NCBI GenBank assembly: GCA_051294375.1
Contig: CM119265.1
Location: 3,975,025-4,039,024, forward strand
DNA length: 64,000 nt
Direction of reading: 5' to 3'
DNA from: Paraspadella gotoi
Taxonomy: Eukaryota > Animalia > Chaetognatha
Below the pieces are notes generated by a model. It did no database searches and had not been told where the DNA came from. It was given only the letters and a program-made list of their open reading frames with translations. This document shows, one piece after another, positions 35,078 to 48,299 of this stretch. The number at the start of each line of letters is the position of its first letter. The stretch's first letter is position 1. The position numbers and the translations under genes are program-made.

Positions 35078-37149
35078 CGGGATTACATTCGCCGATTACG
35101 AAATAACATTACCCGAAGAAAAAAATTTCGAATTTGAATTTAGATTTAACGACCGAGTGAATTCGTGTCTTGTGATAGGATCAAAATAATTAATTGAACG
35201 TATACTGGTTTCGTCTCAAACTCGGGAGATAGAAATCGGAGCCTCATGGGTCCGACCGCCCACGATGTCGCCCCTTCAAGCCCATACGGAAACCCCTTCT
35301 GTGCCTTTCTCCTCTTAACTTCTCTTTAACTTTCTCTTTACTTCTCTTACTTTCTCTAATTTCTTTCCCTTGCTGTGCTTTACACTATTTACTTCTCTTT
35401 ACTTCTTTTTCAACTTTCTTTTTTCGCCCTTTCTGTGCCTTTCCTCTTTATTTCTCTTTACTTCTATTTACTTTTCTTTACTTCTCTTTTTATTTCCTTT
35501 TTTTAACCTTTTTTCTCGTTTTTCTAATTATTCTGTTTGTATGCTATCTTTTTTTTTCTCCATTCTTATCTTCTTTTTCTCTTTTTTATTCTCTTCTCTT
35601 CTCCTCTCTAATTTCTTTTCTTTTTACTTTTTTAATTATTCTCTAATTTTCTTTTCTTTTCCTTTTCTTTTCTTTTCTTTTCTAACTTCTCTTAACTTTC
35701 TTTATATTTCTTTTACTTCGATCTTGCATTCTCTTAACTTTTCTCTCCTCACTTCTCTTCTGTCTCCTCTAACTCTCTTATGTCCCCTCTTTTTCATATC
35801 TTTTCTTATCATTATTCTTTCTCTACTTCGCTTCTCTTCTCTTCTTATTATCTTCTCTTTCTCCTATACTTCTCTTACTTTTTTCTCTTCTCGTTAATCT
35901 TCTCTTTCTCTTAACTTTTTTTACTCTTCTTTTATCTTATTCTTAATCTTATCTCTTATCTTATCTTCTATCTTATCTTTCCCTTCTCTGTCTCCTTCTT
36001 TTCTTCTTCTCTGATCTTCCTCTCTCTTCTTCTTCCCTTAAACTTCGTCCTCTTCTCTTCTTTTTCCTTTTCAATTTTTTTTTTTTTTTTTTCTTTTTTT
36101 TTCTCTTTCCTTCTCTAATTCACGACTTTATTATTTTCTTACCGGTCTCCTCCCTTTACTCTCTTTTAATCTTTAATAATTCCTCCCTTTACTCTCTTCA
36201 ATACTTAATAATTTCTCTCCCTTTACTTCTCTTTCCATCTTTATAATTTCCTCATTTAACTCTCAACTAATTATCTTACCTCTTCATCTTGGTTAATTTT
36301 CCGATGCACTTTAGCGTTCGCTTTATTGCTTGCTTTCTCTTGATATTTCCTTCAGTTAACTTTTCATACTAATTTTAACTTTCTCTTCATTTATATTTCA
36401 TTCCATATTTCTCTTTCTTCTCTTTCCTTCATTTTTCTCCCCTCGTCCTCCTCTCTTCCTCTCCCTTCCTGATTCCGATTCTTCCAGAATATGCGTAAAG
36501 AGAGAGAGAGAGAGAGAGAGAGCAGAGAGAGAGAGAGAGAGAGAAGAGAGAAGGAGAGAGAAGAGAGAAGAGGAGGAGAACGAGTAAAATAAAAAACTTG
36601 TGGTGAAAAAGATTATTAGTTCCATCGTCTTTCGTTTTCTCCCCTTCAGGCGGGCCAACTCCCGGCGACGAATTCTCCCCGACGACGTCTCAAACCGGAA
36701 TTCTATCGAAAAATAAAAAAAAAATATAAAGGGGAAAAACAGCAAGGAAAAGACAGAGCGGGATTGTTCCTTTTGGATCATTCTTGGCGAAGACGAAAGA
36801 TTAAACCAACAAGCAAACCAACGTTTTTTTTATTAATCTTACTTTTATGTGAGAAAGGAGAAAACAGCACACAATTTATATAAATACTCATCAAAGGCCC
36901 GCGGATAGTTGTTTTTTTTTTTGGTTATTTTTTTTCATCTCTTAAAAACTACGCCGCGGAAGGAGAAACCAGAAAGAACAGAAGATATTATTTTTCGTAT
37001 CTCTTCTCCAGTTTTATATAAATTTCATCCTACGAACGCCTTTCAACCGATTATTATCAGTTTACTTTTTTCTCTTTCATAATTTTTAAATATAGAAACA
37101 AAAAACAACAAAAAGGCGCGCAAGACAAAACGTTGAAACAAGAATAGAC

Positions 37150-37190
<41 letters not shown>

Positions 37191-37364
37191 GAGTTTATTT
37201 GTAATAATTTGTGAAAGTTCACAAAACGATTACTGCAAATCAGTCACGTTCGACCACTGCAGCTATATCAACAACAACAAAGTAAATTGAGGTCAAAATA
37301 GTTGAATCAAACAGAGAGAGAGAAAGGCAGACATATGGACGATAGGTGAAAACAGATATTCGGA

Positions 37365-37485
37365 GAGAAGGACAAAGAAACGGACAAAGAAACGGATAAA
37401 GAAACGGACAGAGAAACGGATAAAGAAACGGACAGAGAAACGGATAAAGAAACGGATAAAGAAACGGACACAGTTACGGACATAA
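37365..37485. repeat. 12-bp minisatellite (aaacggataaag/aaacggacagag); noisy copy at ~40805-40930
   Basis: Direct inspection. Confidence 0.85.
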
Positions 37486-38607
37486 AAACCGCAAAACGAG
37501 AATAGAAACAAAAAAATATTTTTTTTTAAAACTTGGACGAATTTCAATTTTTTTAAAATGTAAACTTTAATCAAAGAAAGAAAAGAAAAAGAAAGAAAAG
37601 AGAGAAAAGAAAAAAGATAATTTATCTTTGGATCCGCAAAAAAAAAAAACTTGGTGAAGCGAAATCACAGAGTTTAAACATTTTTCATTTGTGAAGTGAA
37701 GAGCGGGATTGAGAGGGAGTGGAGGAAGAGGAGGAGGAGGAGGAGGAGGAGGAGGGTGATTAAAACTGAGGTGAGGTTGAAACGGGAGGTGGGATTTAGA
37801 ACTGGTCAGTCTGTCTGTCTGGTAAGGTGAGATGTTTGCGGCCGCCGAGATGGGGCCTGAGAGGAGGAATCAATCTTCTCTCATAAACTATATAAATCCA
37901 ATCACTCCAATCAGTCAATCACTAATCACCCCACATAATGGAACAATCAAATTTAAAAACATTAATCAATATATTTAAAAAGTGTTAACAAAATATGTTA
38001 TCAATAAATAAATATTGATTCAAATTATAGTTCTATCATTTATAAATATTTAACGTTCCAGGACAATTTTTGTATTTATCGAAGAAATTCTTGGGAATTT
38101 AATTTCCATTTTGCTGAGAAAACCAAATTTTGATTAATAGAACCTCGACCAAGCAACCGTGAAGACGCTCTGTAGGGTAAAGGGTTCTATGGGTCCAACC
38201 AGTCGGAGGCAATGGGGCATTATTGCATTGCACTCAAATCGAGGAATGCTTCGCATCAGCTTCTCTCTCGCCTTCAATTCAAGGAGCTGCCGCGTTGAAG
38301 CCGTTTGCCTCGAGCCAAAAGACGCTAGCAGAACGGTTACACAACTGGGCATACCTGGTGGAATATGATTGATGATCGATATGAGGATGAATGTGATGAT
38401 GATGATTGATGATGATAATCTATGATAATGTTAATGAGTGATTGTACCACCCAAACACTCGAATATTCGGGTTCAGGGTATCAGGCGAGTTCTGAAGCGT
38501 GGAATCATACACATCTCGAGTCTCAAGGAAATTGAAGACGAAAAACAGTTCGGAATAAATTTATATTGATATATATCTAATCTCTTATTCTTCTCCTCAT
38601 CTCCGTC

Positions 38608-38659
<52 letters not shown>

Positions 38660-38804
38660 CTCTCTCCCTCTTCGCCACATCAAGTCATGCAGGAAAAAAA
38701 ATTAATCGGGAAACAATTAATTGAAGAAAAATAGAATGCGAAGCCTAATCCAGAGTTAAAACCCATCTCACTCTTCTCGAAAATTGCTCGTGGTCTGTTA
38801 AACG

Positions 38805-38883
<79 letters not shown>

Positions 38884-41396
38884 CTCACGTGTCGCGGATT
38901 CGCGAAAGCAGTGCCGTCTAAGAAGCAAGGATCATGCATTGAAGCAATGACTGTTGAAAAGTAAAGAAGGCAGAGTGGAAATGAGGGAGAGAAGGGAGAT
39001 GAAAATAGGGTAGAGAGAGGAAGGAGAAGAAAAGGGGGAATCTAGAAATTTATTATAAGAAGAGAGAAGAGGAGGAAGCAGAGGAAAGGATGAGAAGAAT
39101 AGGAACGAGAAAAAAAAAGTAAAAGCATCCAGTCACTTTCAAATCTGCGACAGTACAGAAAAACATTATTTTTTTATTTCTTTATTATTTTTACTAACAT
39201 TAATTGTTATAAAACTACTGACATTTTGTTTTCTAATCAATTATAACAGTGTCTCTCAGAGCCGCGGGAAGTCTCACTTTCTTCATTTTTTTGTCCAAAT
39301 TTTAACAGTTTTAACAATTCATAATTTTTTAACGCTGATTTGTTGATATATCTTGATCATAAAGAATATAAATGTTTTGGTAATAAAAAGTCATCTTTGG
39401 CGATTCTGTTATTATAAAAAAAAATCCCTTGTAAATACCTAACCTTATTTACTATGCGACTTTACCAATCATTTTATCAGCAAAGTCGTCTTCTCATAAT
39501 ATTCGATTACCCCTAATATTACGATTATTACGATTATTTTAAATGTTTTTCTATCACTCGCAGATTTGAATTCCCTGTAAGAAGAAGAATTGATAGTAAA
39601 TGAAGAAGAGCGAAAATGTATACACTAAATTGTATGACCTTCTCCTCCCCCAGCTCCTCCACGGGGGAAAAAAAAACGGTATCCATTGACGACGAATGTC
39701 TATCTCTGATCCTAATATTCGGCGGATTGATTCGCGGCGGTGAAGTCGCCGGGGAAGCCGAAAAAGCTAAGCCGAGTAGGGATGCTGATAGGGCGGACGA
39801 AATGCCGAGAAAATTAAGAGGCGATGAAGGCTAGTGGAAGCGTGGGCTGAAGTATACTTCGGGCGAGTCGCGCTCTTTGTTGAGTTACGAGCATGAGCGC
39901 GGATGATGCAGAATGGAGGAAGTAGTGCGGCCTAAAGTGCAGAAAATGGTTGTTTAGAAATGATTTCAGGTGGTCACAGGTCCAGGTTCTGTTTCTTCAC
40001 CGCCGAAGATGTGTTTGGTTTCAGATGTCGGATACGACACGATTTGGTCACAAAATCGATAACATATTCTCTAATAATGGCTGTGGAGATTGATTAGTTA
40101 TTAGTTATTAGATTATACTTATGATCGGAGATGTCATAGATGGTGATGGTAAGGTCAGAGATAGTTGGCGACAGTGTTGAAAAAAACTCATTTGTTTTTC
40201 AACATTTTTTTTTTATTATAATTCGTATTTTTTTAATAATTATAAGTTTTGTTGCCAGATCGACGGATCGAAAAATCGGTTGAGAAAAACAAAGTAAACA
40301 ATGAGGTCATTTATGTTGTTGCGTCTCTTCGGTCGTCAGTTCGTTGGCAAAAATGATAAAATTGGAGACATTTTAAAAAATATACATGACCTATGACAAG
40401 AGACGATCAACAACTTGAAAATCGAGAACGATCGTACGATAATGTATAGATGATGGAGATGAATGATGTCCGTTCTACGTCAAATCAATGAGCTAGAAAA
40501 TTTCGAATTCAGGAAACTACGACTTGTATTCCCTAAGTGACGAGGTGAGAGAGACGAGAGTAGGGAGAGGAGAGAGACTGAGAGAGTCGAGAGAGAAGAG
40601 AGAGATGAAGAGAATGAAGAGTTTATTTGGTAATAAGTTGTGAAAGTTCACAAAACGAGATTTACGCAAATCAGTCACGTTCGACCACGCCAGCTATCAT
40701 CAACAACAACAAAGTAAATTGAGGTCAAAATTAGTTGAATCAACACAGAGAGAGAGAAAGGCAGGCACATATTGGACGGATAGGTGAAAACAGATATTCG
40801 GAGAGAAGCGACAAAGAAACGGACAAAACGAAAACGGACAAGAAACACGGAAAGAGAAACACAGGAACATAAAAAACGCCGAATAGAAAACGAAACGATA
40901 AAGAAACGGATAAAGAACGGACAGTTACGGATCACTAAAAACCGCAAACGAGGAAAATAGACACACAAAAAATATTTTCTTTTTTAAAAACTGGACGGAA
41001 TTTCAATTTTTTTGAAAATTGTAAACTTTAATCAAAGAAAGAAAAACAAAAGAAGAAAAGAGAGAAAAGAAAAAAGATAACTTTATCTTCTGTGAAATCC
41101 GGCCAAAAAAAAAAAAACTTGGTTGAAAGCGAAAATACAGATTGTTTAAACATTTTTCATTTGTGATGTGCAAACGGGATTGAGAGAGTGGAGAAGGAAG
41201 GAGAGGGGAGGTAAGGAGGAGGTGATTAAAAACTGAGGTGACGTTGAACGGGGAGGTGGGATGTTAGAACTGGTCAGTGTGTCTGTCTGGGTAAGGTGAG
41301 ATGTTTGCGGCTCGCCGAGATGGAGTTGTTATTGTTTGTAGTTGTGGTTGGGTGTTTTTTTTGACGCTCACTCTCCCTCTCTCTCTCGTCTCTCTC

Positions 41397-41435
<39 letters not shown>

Positions 41436-41765
41436 CTCTCTCCTCTCTCTCTCTTCTCCTCTCTCTGTTCTCGCACTCTCTCACAAAAAATAGTTTTGTT
41501 TAAAACAAAACTTTTTAAAATCTNNNNNNNNNNNNNNNNNNNNNNNNNCCTGTCTTGTAAATTAAAGTTGCATCTTATTTTAAATTGAACTTTACGAACT
41601 CAATTTGTTTTTTACTTCTTTTTGTTCGTTTACGCTGATAAAAACAAATGAAAACAAATTCAATTTAAAGGAATTTTAAAATGCTTACGCATTACTATTT
41701 CCGAAAGTGAATCACAGTCTTTTTTCGATTGAGTGAAAAAAAAAACACTTTTGACAAATAATCCC

Positions 41766-41888
<123 letters not shown>

Positions 41889-41892
41889 AAAC

Positions 41893-42065
41893 ATAAATTG
41901 GGTGGGTTCGCAAATGCGAATCCGCTGAAAACTTGAATTCCCAGATTAAACTGAGAGGGACCAGTTTAGAAATGTTTAAGTGGAGAAGAAGAGACGCCTT
42001 CGACGAGAACGTCGGACATACGGACATACGGACGGACTCTTTTACAAGTCTTCAAGACATTCAGA
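41893..42065. mobile_element. HINE-like element end (hairpin gggttcgc-aaat-gcgaatcc; ggacatacggacatacggacggac tract)
   Basis: Short terminal stem-loop plus a GGAC-type microsatellite, as in the intronic elements. Confidence 0.4.
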
Positions 42066-43285
42066 CAATCGGATATTGTAGGAGTCATTACAATTCATTT
42101 CGATCATACGAACTTTTCATACATAAAAGGGTTGAAGAGGAGAATTCTACTACTATTCACAAATACGAGATAATTTCAAAAAGTGTCCAATGCCTTTGTC
42201 AAGTTTTTTACAGAACGATTTACTTGTCTCTGATTCGTACTCAGATTGATTCTACTATGTATCGTTGTAGTTCTCTCAACCGCATCAATAATGATAGAGC
42301 GGTCCAGTGGTCACCGCCCGAGTTACAATCGCCTTGCTTGGGCGTGACGATACTCGTCTTCATGACTTCCTACTTGGAAATCGAACGCGTCATTTCAATG
42401 ACATTTCAATGACATTTCTATGACATTTCAATGTCATTTCAATGATATTTCAATGACATTTCCAAATAAAAATCCCAAGTTTTTTAAACTTTACTACCTC
42501 GATTTATATATGTATAAAATATCTATTTTATTTTCTTGGTTTGACAAAATGACATCTAAAGCATTTAAGAAATTCATACAGTAGGGAATTTCTCTCTCTC
42601 ACAAGACAATAACTTAGCAGAATCCACAAGCTTTCGATCAACACTCCCACAGTTCATTATCTCCCAGTGCTCCTGGTTTGGTAAAATGGAATGGGATGGT
42701 AAAATAAGTTTAATTATTGTTTTCAATGTACAAAGGGACCACTCCCAGTTGAATTATTTCAAATTGTTCTATTTTTTCTGTAATCACGTCAAAAAGGCGT
42801 TAATATCAAACATTGATAAAACTTTGTTAAGTTAAACGTTATTGGTATTGGTATTATTGGTATTGTTGGTATTATTGGTACAACCAATATAAAAATTATC
42901 CATTCATTTAATAAATAATCTATCTTGCCCCTGACTTTGTACAATGGACAGACACTCACACAGTCTCATTTATTCACTCCCAGAGTTCCTGGCTTCCCTA
43001 TCAATAAAGTGGTATAATATTTCAAAGAATGTTTCACTTGTATAAAAATACCACTCCCTTATGTTATAATAATGTTATATTATTCTAGTTTCACGTTCTT
43101 ATAATTTTATCTGCACAAAAGGAATTTTGACGAACCTCTTCCGCCTCGTTGGATGAAGAGAGATGAGATTATTTCGCTTGGTGAATTGATTGGTGATAAA
43201 ATTCGGTGAATAAGTTTTTATCAAGTGCTTGGTGAGTCGATGATTGTTTTTTTTTGTTGTTTTTTTGAGCGCTTGTTTGGCCGGC

Positions 43286-43365
43286 CCAATTAGAGAGGGA
43301 GGGCGAGCCCAATCGGAGGGCGAGCCCAATCAGGAAGCGGTAAGGCCAATCCGGGTTAAATCCGG
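43286..43365 (+). promoter_or_regulatory. Cluster of four CCAAT boxes followed by TTAAA
   Basis: CCAAT at 43286, 43309, 43326 and 43346, all in the same orientation in a GC-rich context; no downstream CDS identified. Confidence 0.45.
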
Positions 43366-43735
43366 CGACAGAAGCTTCGTTCTTTGTCGACGCCGGAACC
43401 GAGGACGAGAAAACACTAAAAAAAGGGAATAAAAATGTAGCGTTAATGTATAGTATTGTACAATGAAGACATAGTAAAGTATTTTATTGCAATATGATTC
43501 ATAGGGAAAAAAACGATGTCAGCCAAATTACAAAACAAAAAAAAAAGAAAAAAAACCGAAATAGTGAAAAAAAATTAACCTACTAAAAAACCCAATTGAG
43601 TAATAAAATTTAAAAAAACAGAAAAACAGAATAACGAAATAACAAATATAATTGACAAAACAATAAAAAACGTTCAAATACATTACAAAACTATTTGGGC
43701 AAAATGATTTTTGTTTCACAACGAATTTTATTTTA

Positions 43736-43790
43736 TCATATAAACGTACATGTTTCGGCTTTGGATGCAAGCCTTCTTCAGCGTCAATGA
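43736..43790 (-). ncRNA. Second, inverted copy of the same hammerhead motif
   Basis: Exact reverse complement of 43807-43861. Confidence 0.75.
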
Positions 43791-43806
43791 AAAATGATTT
43801 GACAAA

Positions 43807-43861
43807 TCATTGACGCTGAAGAAGGCTTGCATCCAAAGCCGAAACATGTACGTTTATATGA
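43807..43861 (+). ncRNA. Minimal type-I hammerhead ribozyme motif (Penelope pLTR type)
   Basis: tcattgacg-CTGAAGA-a-GGCTT gcatcca AAGCC-GAAA-catg-TA-cgtttatatga: core, stem II, palindromic ACATGT stem III, stem I GACG/CGTT + TCAT/ATGA; AATAAA follows at 43865-43870. Confidence 0.75.
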
Positions 43862-46311
43862 TAAAATAAAATTCGTTGTGAAAAAAAAATCATTTTGCCC
43901 AAATACATACAACAACGAAAAAGAAAGGTTACTACCACTATTACAAAACTAAAAAATCCAAACTATAAAACCAAATATCAAAAAAAAAGAAGGAAGAGAA
44001 TAACAGAACCTTCTCCCTACGCGGAAAGGGGGGATGTATGTGGCGACCTAACAATCCACAAACCGTTTCAATTCAAGCGGCCATTGGGTGCGGAGGCAAA
44101 GTCAATTCGCCTCCCACCCAAATAGGTCCGGGGGGTTCTAGCCCCGGTGGTCCCGTCCTGGCCAAGTTTAAGAAGGGACGGGGCCGCTTAACCCGCCTGT
44201 TAACACTGGAGTTACAGCCTGAAATCCCGAAGCTCAGTGGACCTGCTTAATATTGAAACGTGTTTTCGTCATTAACACATATTCAATAATTTACTGTCTC
44301 TTCAGCATTTAAGAACAATTCATGACAGTAGGGAATTTCTCTCGTCTCACAAAGAAACAATAACTTAGCAGAATCCACATGGCTTTCGATCAAGCGCTCC
44401 CACAGACTGTTCATATTCCCCAGTGCGCTCCTCGGTTTGGTAAATGGAAATGGAAATTTCGTTTTCCAAATTTACAAAGGGAACCACTCCCAGTTGAGAT
44501 CATTTCCAAACTTCTTTCCTATTTGTGTTCTTATGTTTAATCGACGGTCAAAAAAGGCGTTAATTATCAACATTGATAAAACTTTTGTTAAGTTTACGTT
44601 TATAATATAAAACTTGTATCAAATCAAATATAAAAATTATCCATCATTTAATAAATAATCTAATCTTGCCCCTGACTGTTGGGGACAAATGTACCAGACT
44701 TCGCTCACAACACAAGGTCTCATTGTATTCACCCACTTCCCAGAAGTTCATTGCGCTTTTCCCCTATCAAATAACAGCTGGTATAATGATTCAAAGAATG
44801 TTTCAATTGTATAAAAATACCATCCCCTTCATGTTTTAATATTGTTATATTATTCTAGTTTTCCACACGTTTCTTATGAATTTTATCTGGCACAAAGGAA
44901 TTTTCCACGAAACCTCATTCCGCTTTTCGTTGCGATGAAGAAGAGATAAGAATTATTTTCGCTTGGTGAATGTGATTGGTGATAAAATTCGGCTGAATGT
45001 TTTTTAATCAAGATGCTCTGGTGAGTCGATGATTGTTTTTTCTTTTATGCAGCGGCTTGTTTGGAGCCCGGCCCAATTAGAAATGAGGCGAAGGGAGCCC
45101 GAATCGGAGGCCCGGAAAGCCCCCAAATCAGCGGAAAGCGGTGAAGCGCCAATTCCGGGTTAAAAATTTCACGGCGACAGCAAAGCCTTCGTTCTTTGTT
45201 CCGACGGGTGCTGCCCGGCAACCAAGGGACGAAGAAACAACTAAAAAAAGGGATAATAAAAATTCGGTTACGTTCTAATAGTCATGTATGGTACAATGAA
45301 GACATAGTAAGAAGTATTTTATTTGCAATATTGATCATAGATCAATTATGAATAATTTTTAAGGATTCCCTTCGAAATGAAAACATAAAAGTAAATCAAG
45401 GGAAAAAAAAAACGATGGTCAGCCAAAATACCAAAACAAACAAAAGAAAAAAAACCGAAAAATAAGTAAGAAAATAAACATTAACCTAACTAAAACACCA
45501 ATTGAAGTAATAGAAATTTTAAAAAACAAGAACAAACAGAACATAACGAAATAACAAAATATATGACAAAAACAATAAAAACACGTTACCAAAATATTAC
45601 ATTCAAAACTAAATCAAACTAATATAAACCAAATATCGAGACACACAATAACGAAGCAGAAAAAAAGTGAAATAAACAAAAAAAAAGCCGATCTGAGGAA
45701 GCACCAAAAAAAAACAATCATCAAATGGATCGNNNNNNNNNNNNNNNNNNNNNNNNNTGTCAATGTATTGTCAATGTATTGTCAATGTATTGTCAATCTA
45801 TGGTCAATACCGCCAAGGACAACGATAAAACTCAAAATTGAAATCGAGGAAAACAAAAAAAGTAAAAAATAAAAAGGAATCGAATTTAGTGAATGAGATT
45901 CCGAAAAAAANNNNNNNNNNNNNNNNNNNNNNNNNNNNNNNNNNNNNNNNNNNNNNNNNNNNNNNNNNNNNNNNNNNNNNNNNNNNNNNNNNNNNNNNNN
46001 NNNNNNNNNNNNNNNNNNNNNNNNNNNNNNNNNNNNNNNNNNNNNNNNNNNNNNNNNNNNNNNNNNNNNNNNNNNNNNNNNNNNNNNNNNNNNNNNNNNN
46101 NNNNNNNNNNNNNNNNNNNNNNNNNNNNNNNNNNNNNNNNNNNNNNNNNNNNNNNNNNNNNNNNNNNNNNNNNNNNNNNNNNNNNNNNNNNNNNNAGAGA
46201 GAGAGAGAGAGCAATTAGCGATAAGGTTTGAGAAAACTTTTCAGCTTTTTCCTTTTCGCTCTCTCCCTCGGAAAGTCAACATTGGGTGCCGCCAATAGTA
46301 ATGTGAACGGA

Positions 46312-46364
<53 letters not shown>

Positions 46365-46981
46365 AGACGACGAATGAAACGACTGTTCCGAGGAAAAATA
46401 ACCGATTGTGATCTCAGAGTTGAAAACTCGAGATCAGGGAAAAAACTTTTAAGACGACGACGACGACATTAACCTAAATACATATCTTGTTATCTTAGCG
46501 AACGAATGTTTGCGTCTGCCCGTTCCGAGATCGAGGGAGGTCTCGCTACAACGACGACAACGACAACAACGACGACAACTTATATTTCTCGTTCGAATTT
46601 AGTCGATCGATTTAAACGAAAGTCAAATAATAGAAATAAATAAAAAGATTATAAGAAAGCTAAAGGAAAAAATAAACAGGTTAAATAAACGTAGAAAGAA
46701 ATGAAAAAAAGTTTGTTAGTTTGTTTTTTAAGACAAGGAGGAAAAGAAGTAAAAATGATGACTATGATGATGATGAGGAGAAGGAGGAGGAGGAGGAGGA
46801 GGAAAAAATTGTGAAAAAGATTTCTTAACGTGAGACTTGACTTTTGACTTTTCGTCGCCGTCGTCGTCGTCGTCGTCGTCGTCTTGAGTTCGCTTTGACA
46901 TTATAAAACTTTTTACCCCGCAAAAGGAGGTCGTAATTTTCGCCGTACGACAATTAAGTGACTTCCACAAAAATCTATAAA

Positions 46982-47115
46982 ACACATTTAATTTAAGACA
47001 TTTTATTTAAGACATTTAATTGAAGATAATTAATTTAAGACAATTAATTTAAGACATTTAATTGAAAACATTTAATTGAAAACATTTAATTTAAGACATT
47101 TAATTTACCATATTT
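46982..47115. repeat. 14-15-bp AT-rich tandem repeat (acatttaatttaag)
   Basis: Direct inspection. Confidence 0.85.
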
Positions 47116-48299
47116 AAATTTAATTAAAGATGTTAACTTTAAATACTTTAAAAATTGAATAAACGAAATTAAAATCTATGAAAAACATTTGTGTGTAAAA
47201 ATATGTTTTCTACAATTTGATTCAGGACATTTATAATTAAAGATTAGAATTTTTATTCTTATATTTTTCTTAATGACATATAACTTTTATACTAAGAATA
47301 AAAAAACATTTTTTTAGTTCCGTAGAATTCCGAGGTTACGTCGTCCTCCTTTTTTATGACAAAATGAGTCCCGGTTTTTTTTTCGTATTTTCTTGTGGTT
47401 TTTTTTTTATTTTTTACAAGTTTTTTTTTATCTCTCTCACTTTTTTAAAATACCGCTCCGTTTTATCTTCCTTTGTCAACCGGTAATTTTATCTTCCAGA
47501 CGCCGAGTTTTTCTTTTCTTGCTTAATTTTACGCCGATCATCTGTTCAATTTCAATTTTGAGAAAATTTATATTTAATTTTTTTTTTTACGATTCTTGAA
47601 ACAATCATCGCTGAGCAAAGTTGATAATTCGGTGACGATTCATTTCCGGGAAATGACGATGATGACGACGAAGAAATTATTTCCCCAAGTTGTAAAACTT
47701 CCGTGAATGTGAACTTCTTCGACGGCCTCGAAATCTTTTCACGTTTGTAAACAAAATCTTCACAAAAAAATTAACATCTTCTTTTTTAACAGACTTTTTA
47801 CTTCATTTTTTCTGACTTTTATCGAGACTTTCGTTCTGCCCTCTATTCATCCTAATGCATTCATTCTTTCCCCCATTCATAGATTCATCTTCGCATTCAA
47901 TTCATTCGTGATTCATTCATTTTTCGTTTCTCGGGTCTAAAAAGTCAAGATGCCAGTCAACCCCGCCCCTGGCCTGCTGGCCCCCCGGGAGCGAAGGCCT
48001 TTCTTTAAAATAAGAAAAGTGGGTCATAAAAATATCGTTAAAAATGATGAAAAATAATAAATCGTTGAAAGAGAAAAAAAAACAAACTAAGACGATGATT
48101 GACTATTTTCCCCAACTGAAGATTTAAAGATTCGGGCAGAGGTGACGTGAGGAACGGGCTGAGGTGACGGGCTGAGGAACGGGCCGAGGAGCGGAGAGGG
48201 TCGGGCAGAGGTGACGTTTAGGAGTGGCAAGGACGTTAAAGAGTGGCGAAGTTGACATGCATTCGAACGTGAGTTATACTTCTTCTCCCTTCTCTCTCT

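Larger units (their letters stand above)
43682..43951. mobile_element. Penelope-derived palindromic insertion (99-bp inverted arms) with 12-bp target-site duplication ATTACAAAACTA
   Basis: Arms 43692-43790 and 43807-43905 (1 mismatch); direct repeats at 43682-43693 and 43940-43951; empty site at ~45601-45611; noisy filled copy at ~50675-50990. Confidence 0.75.
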
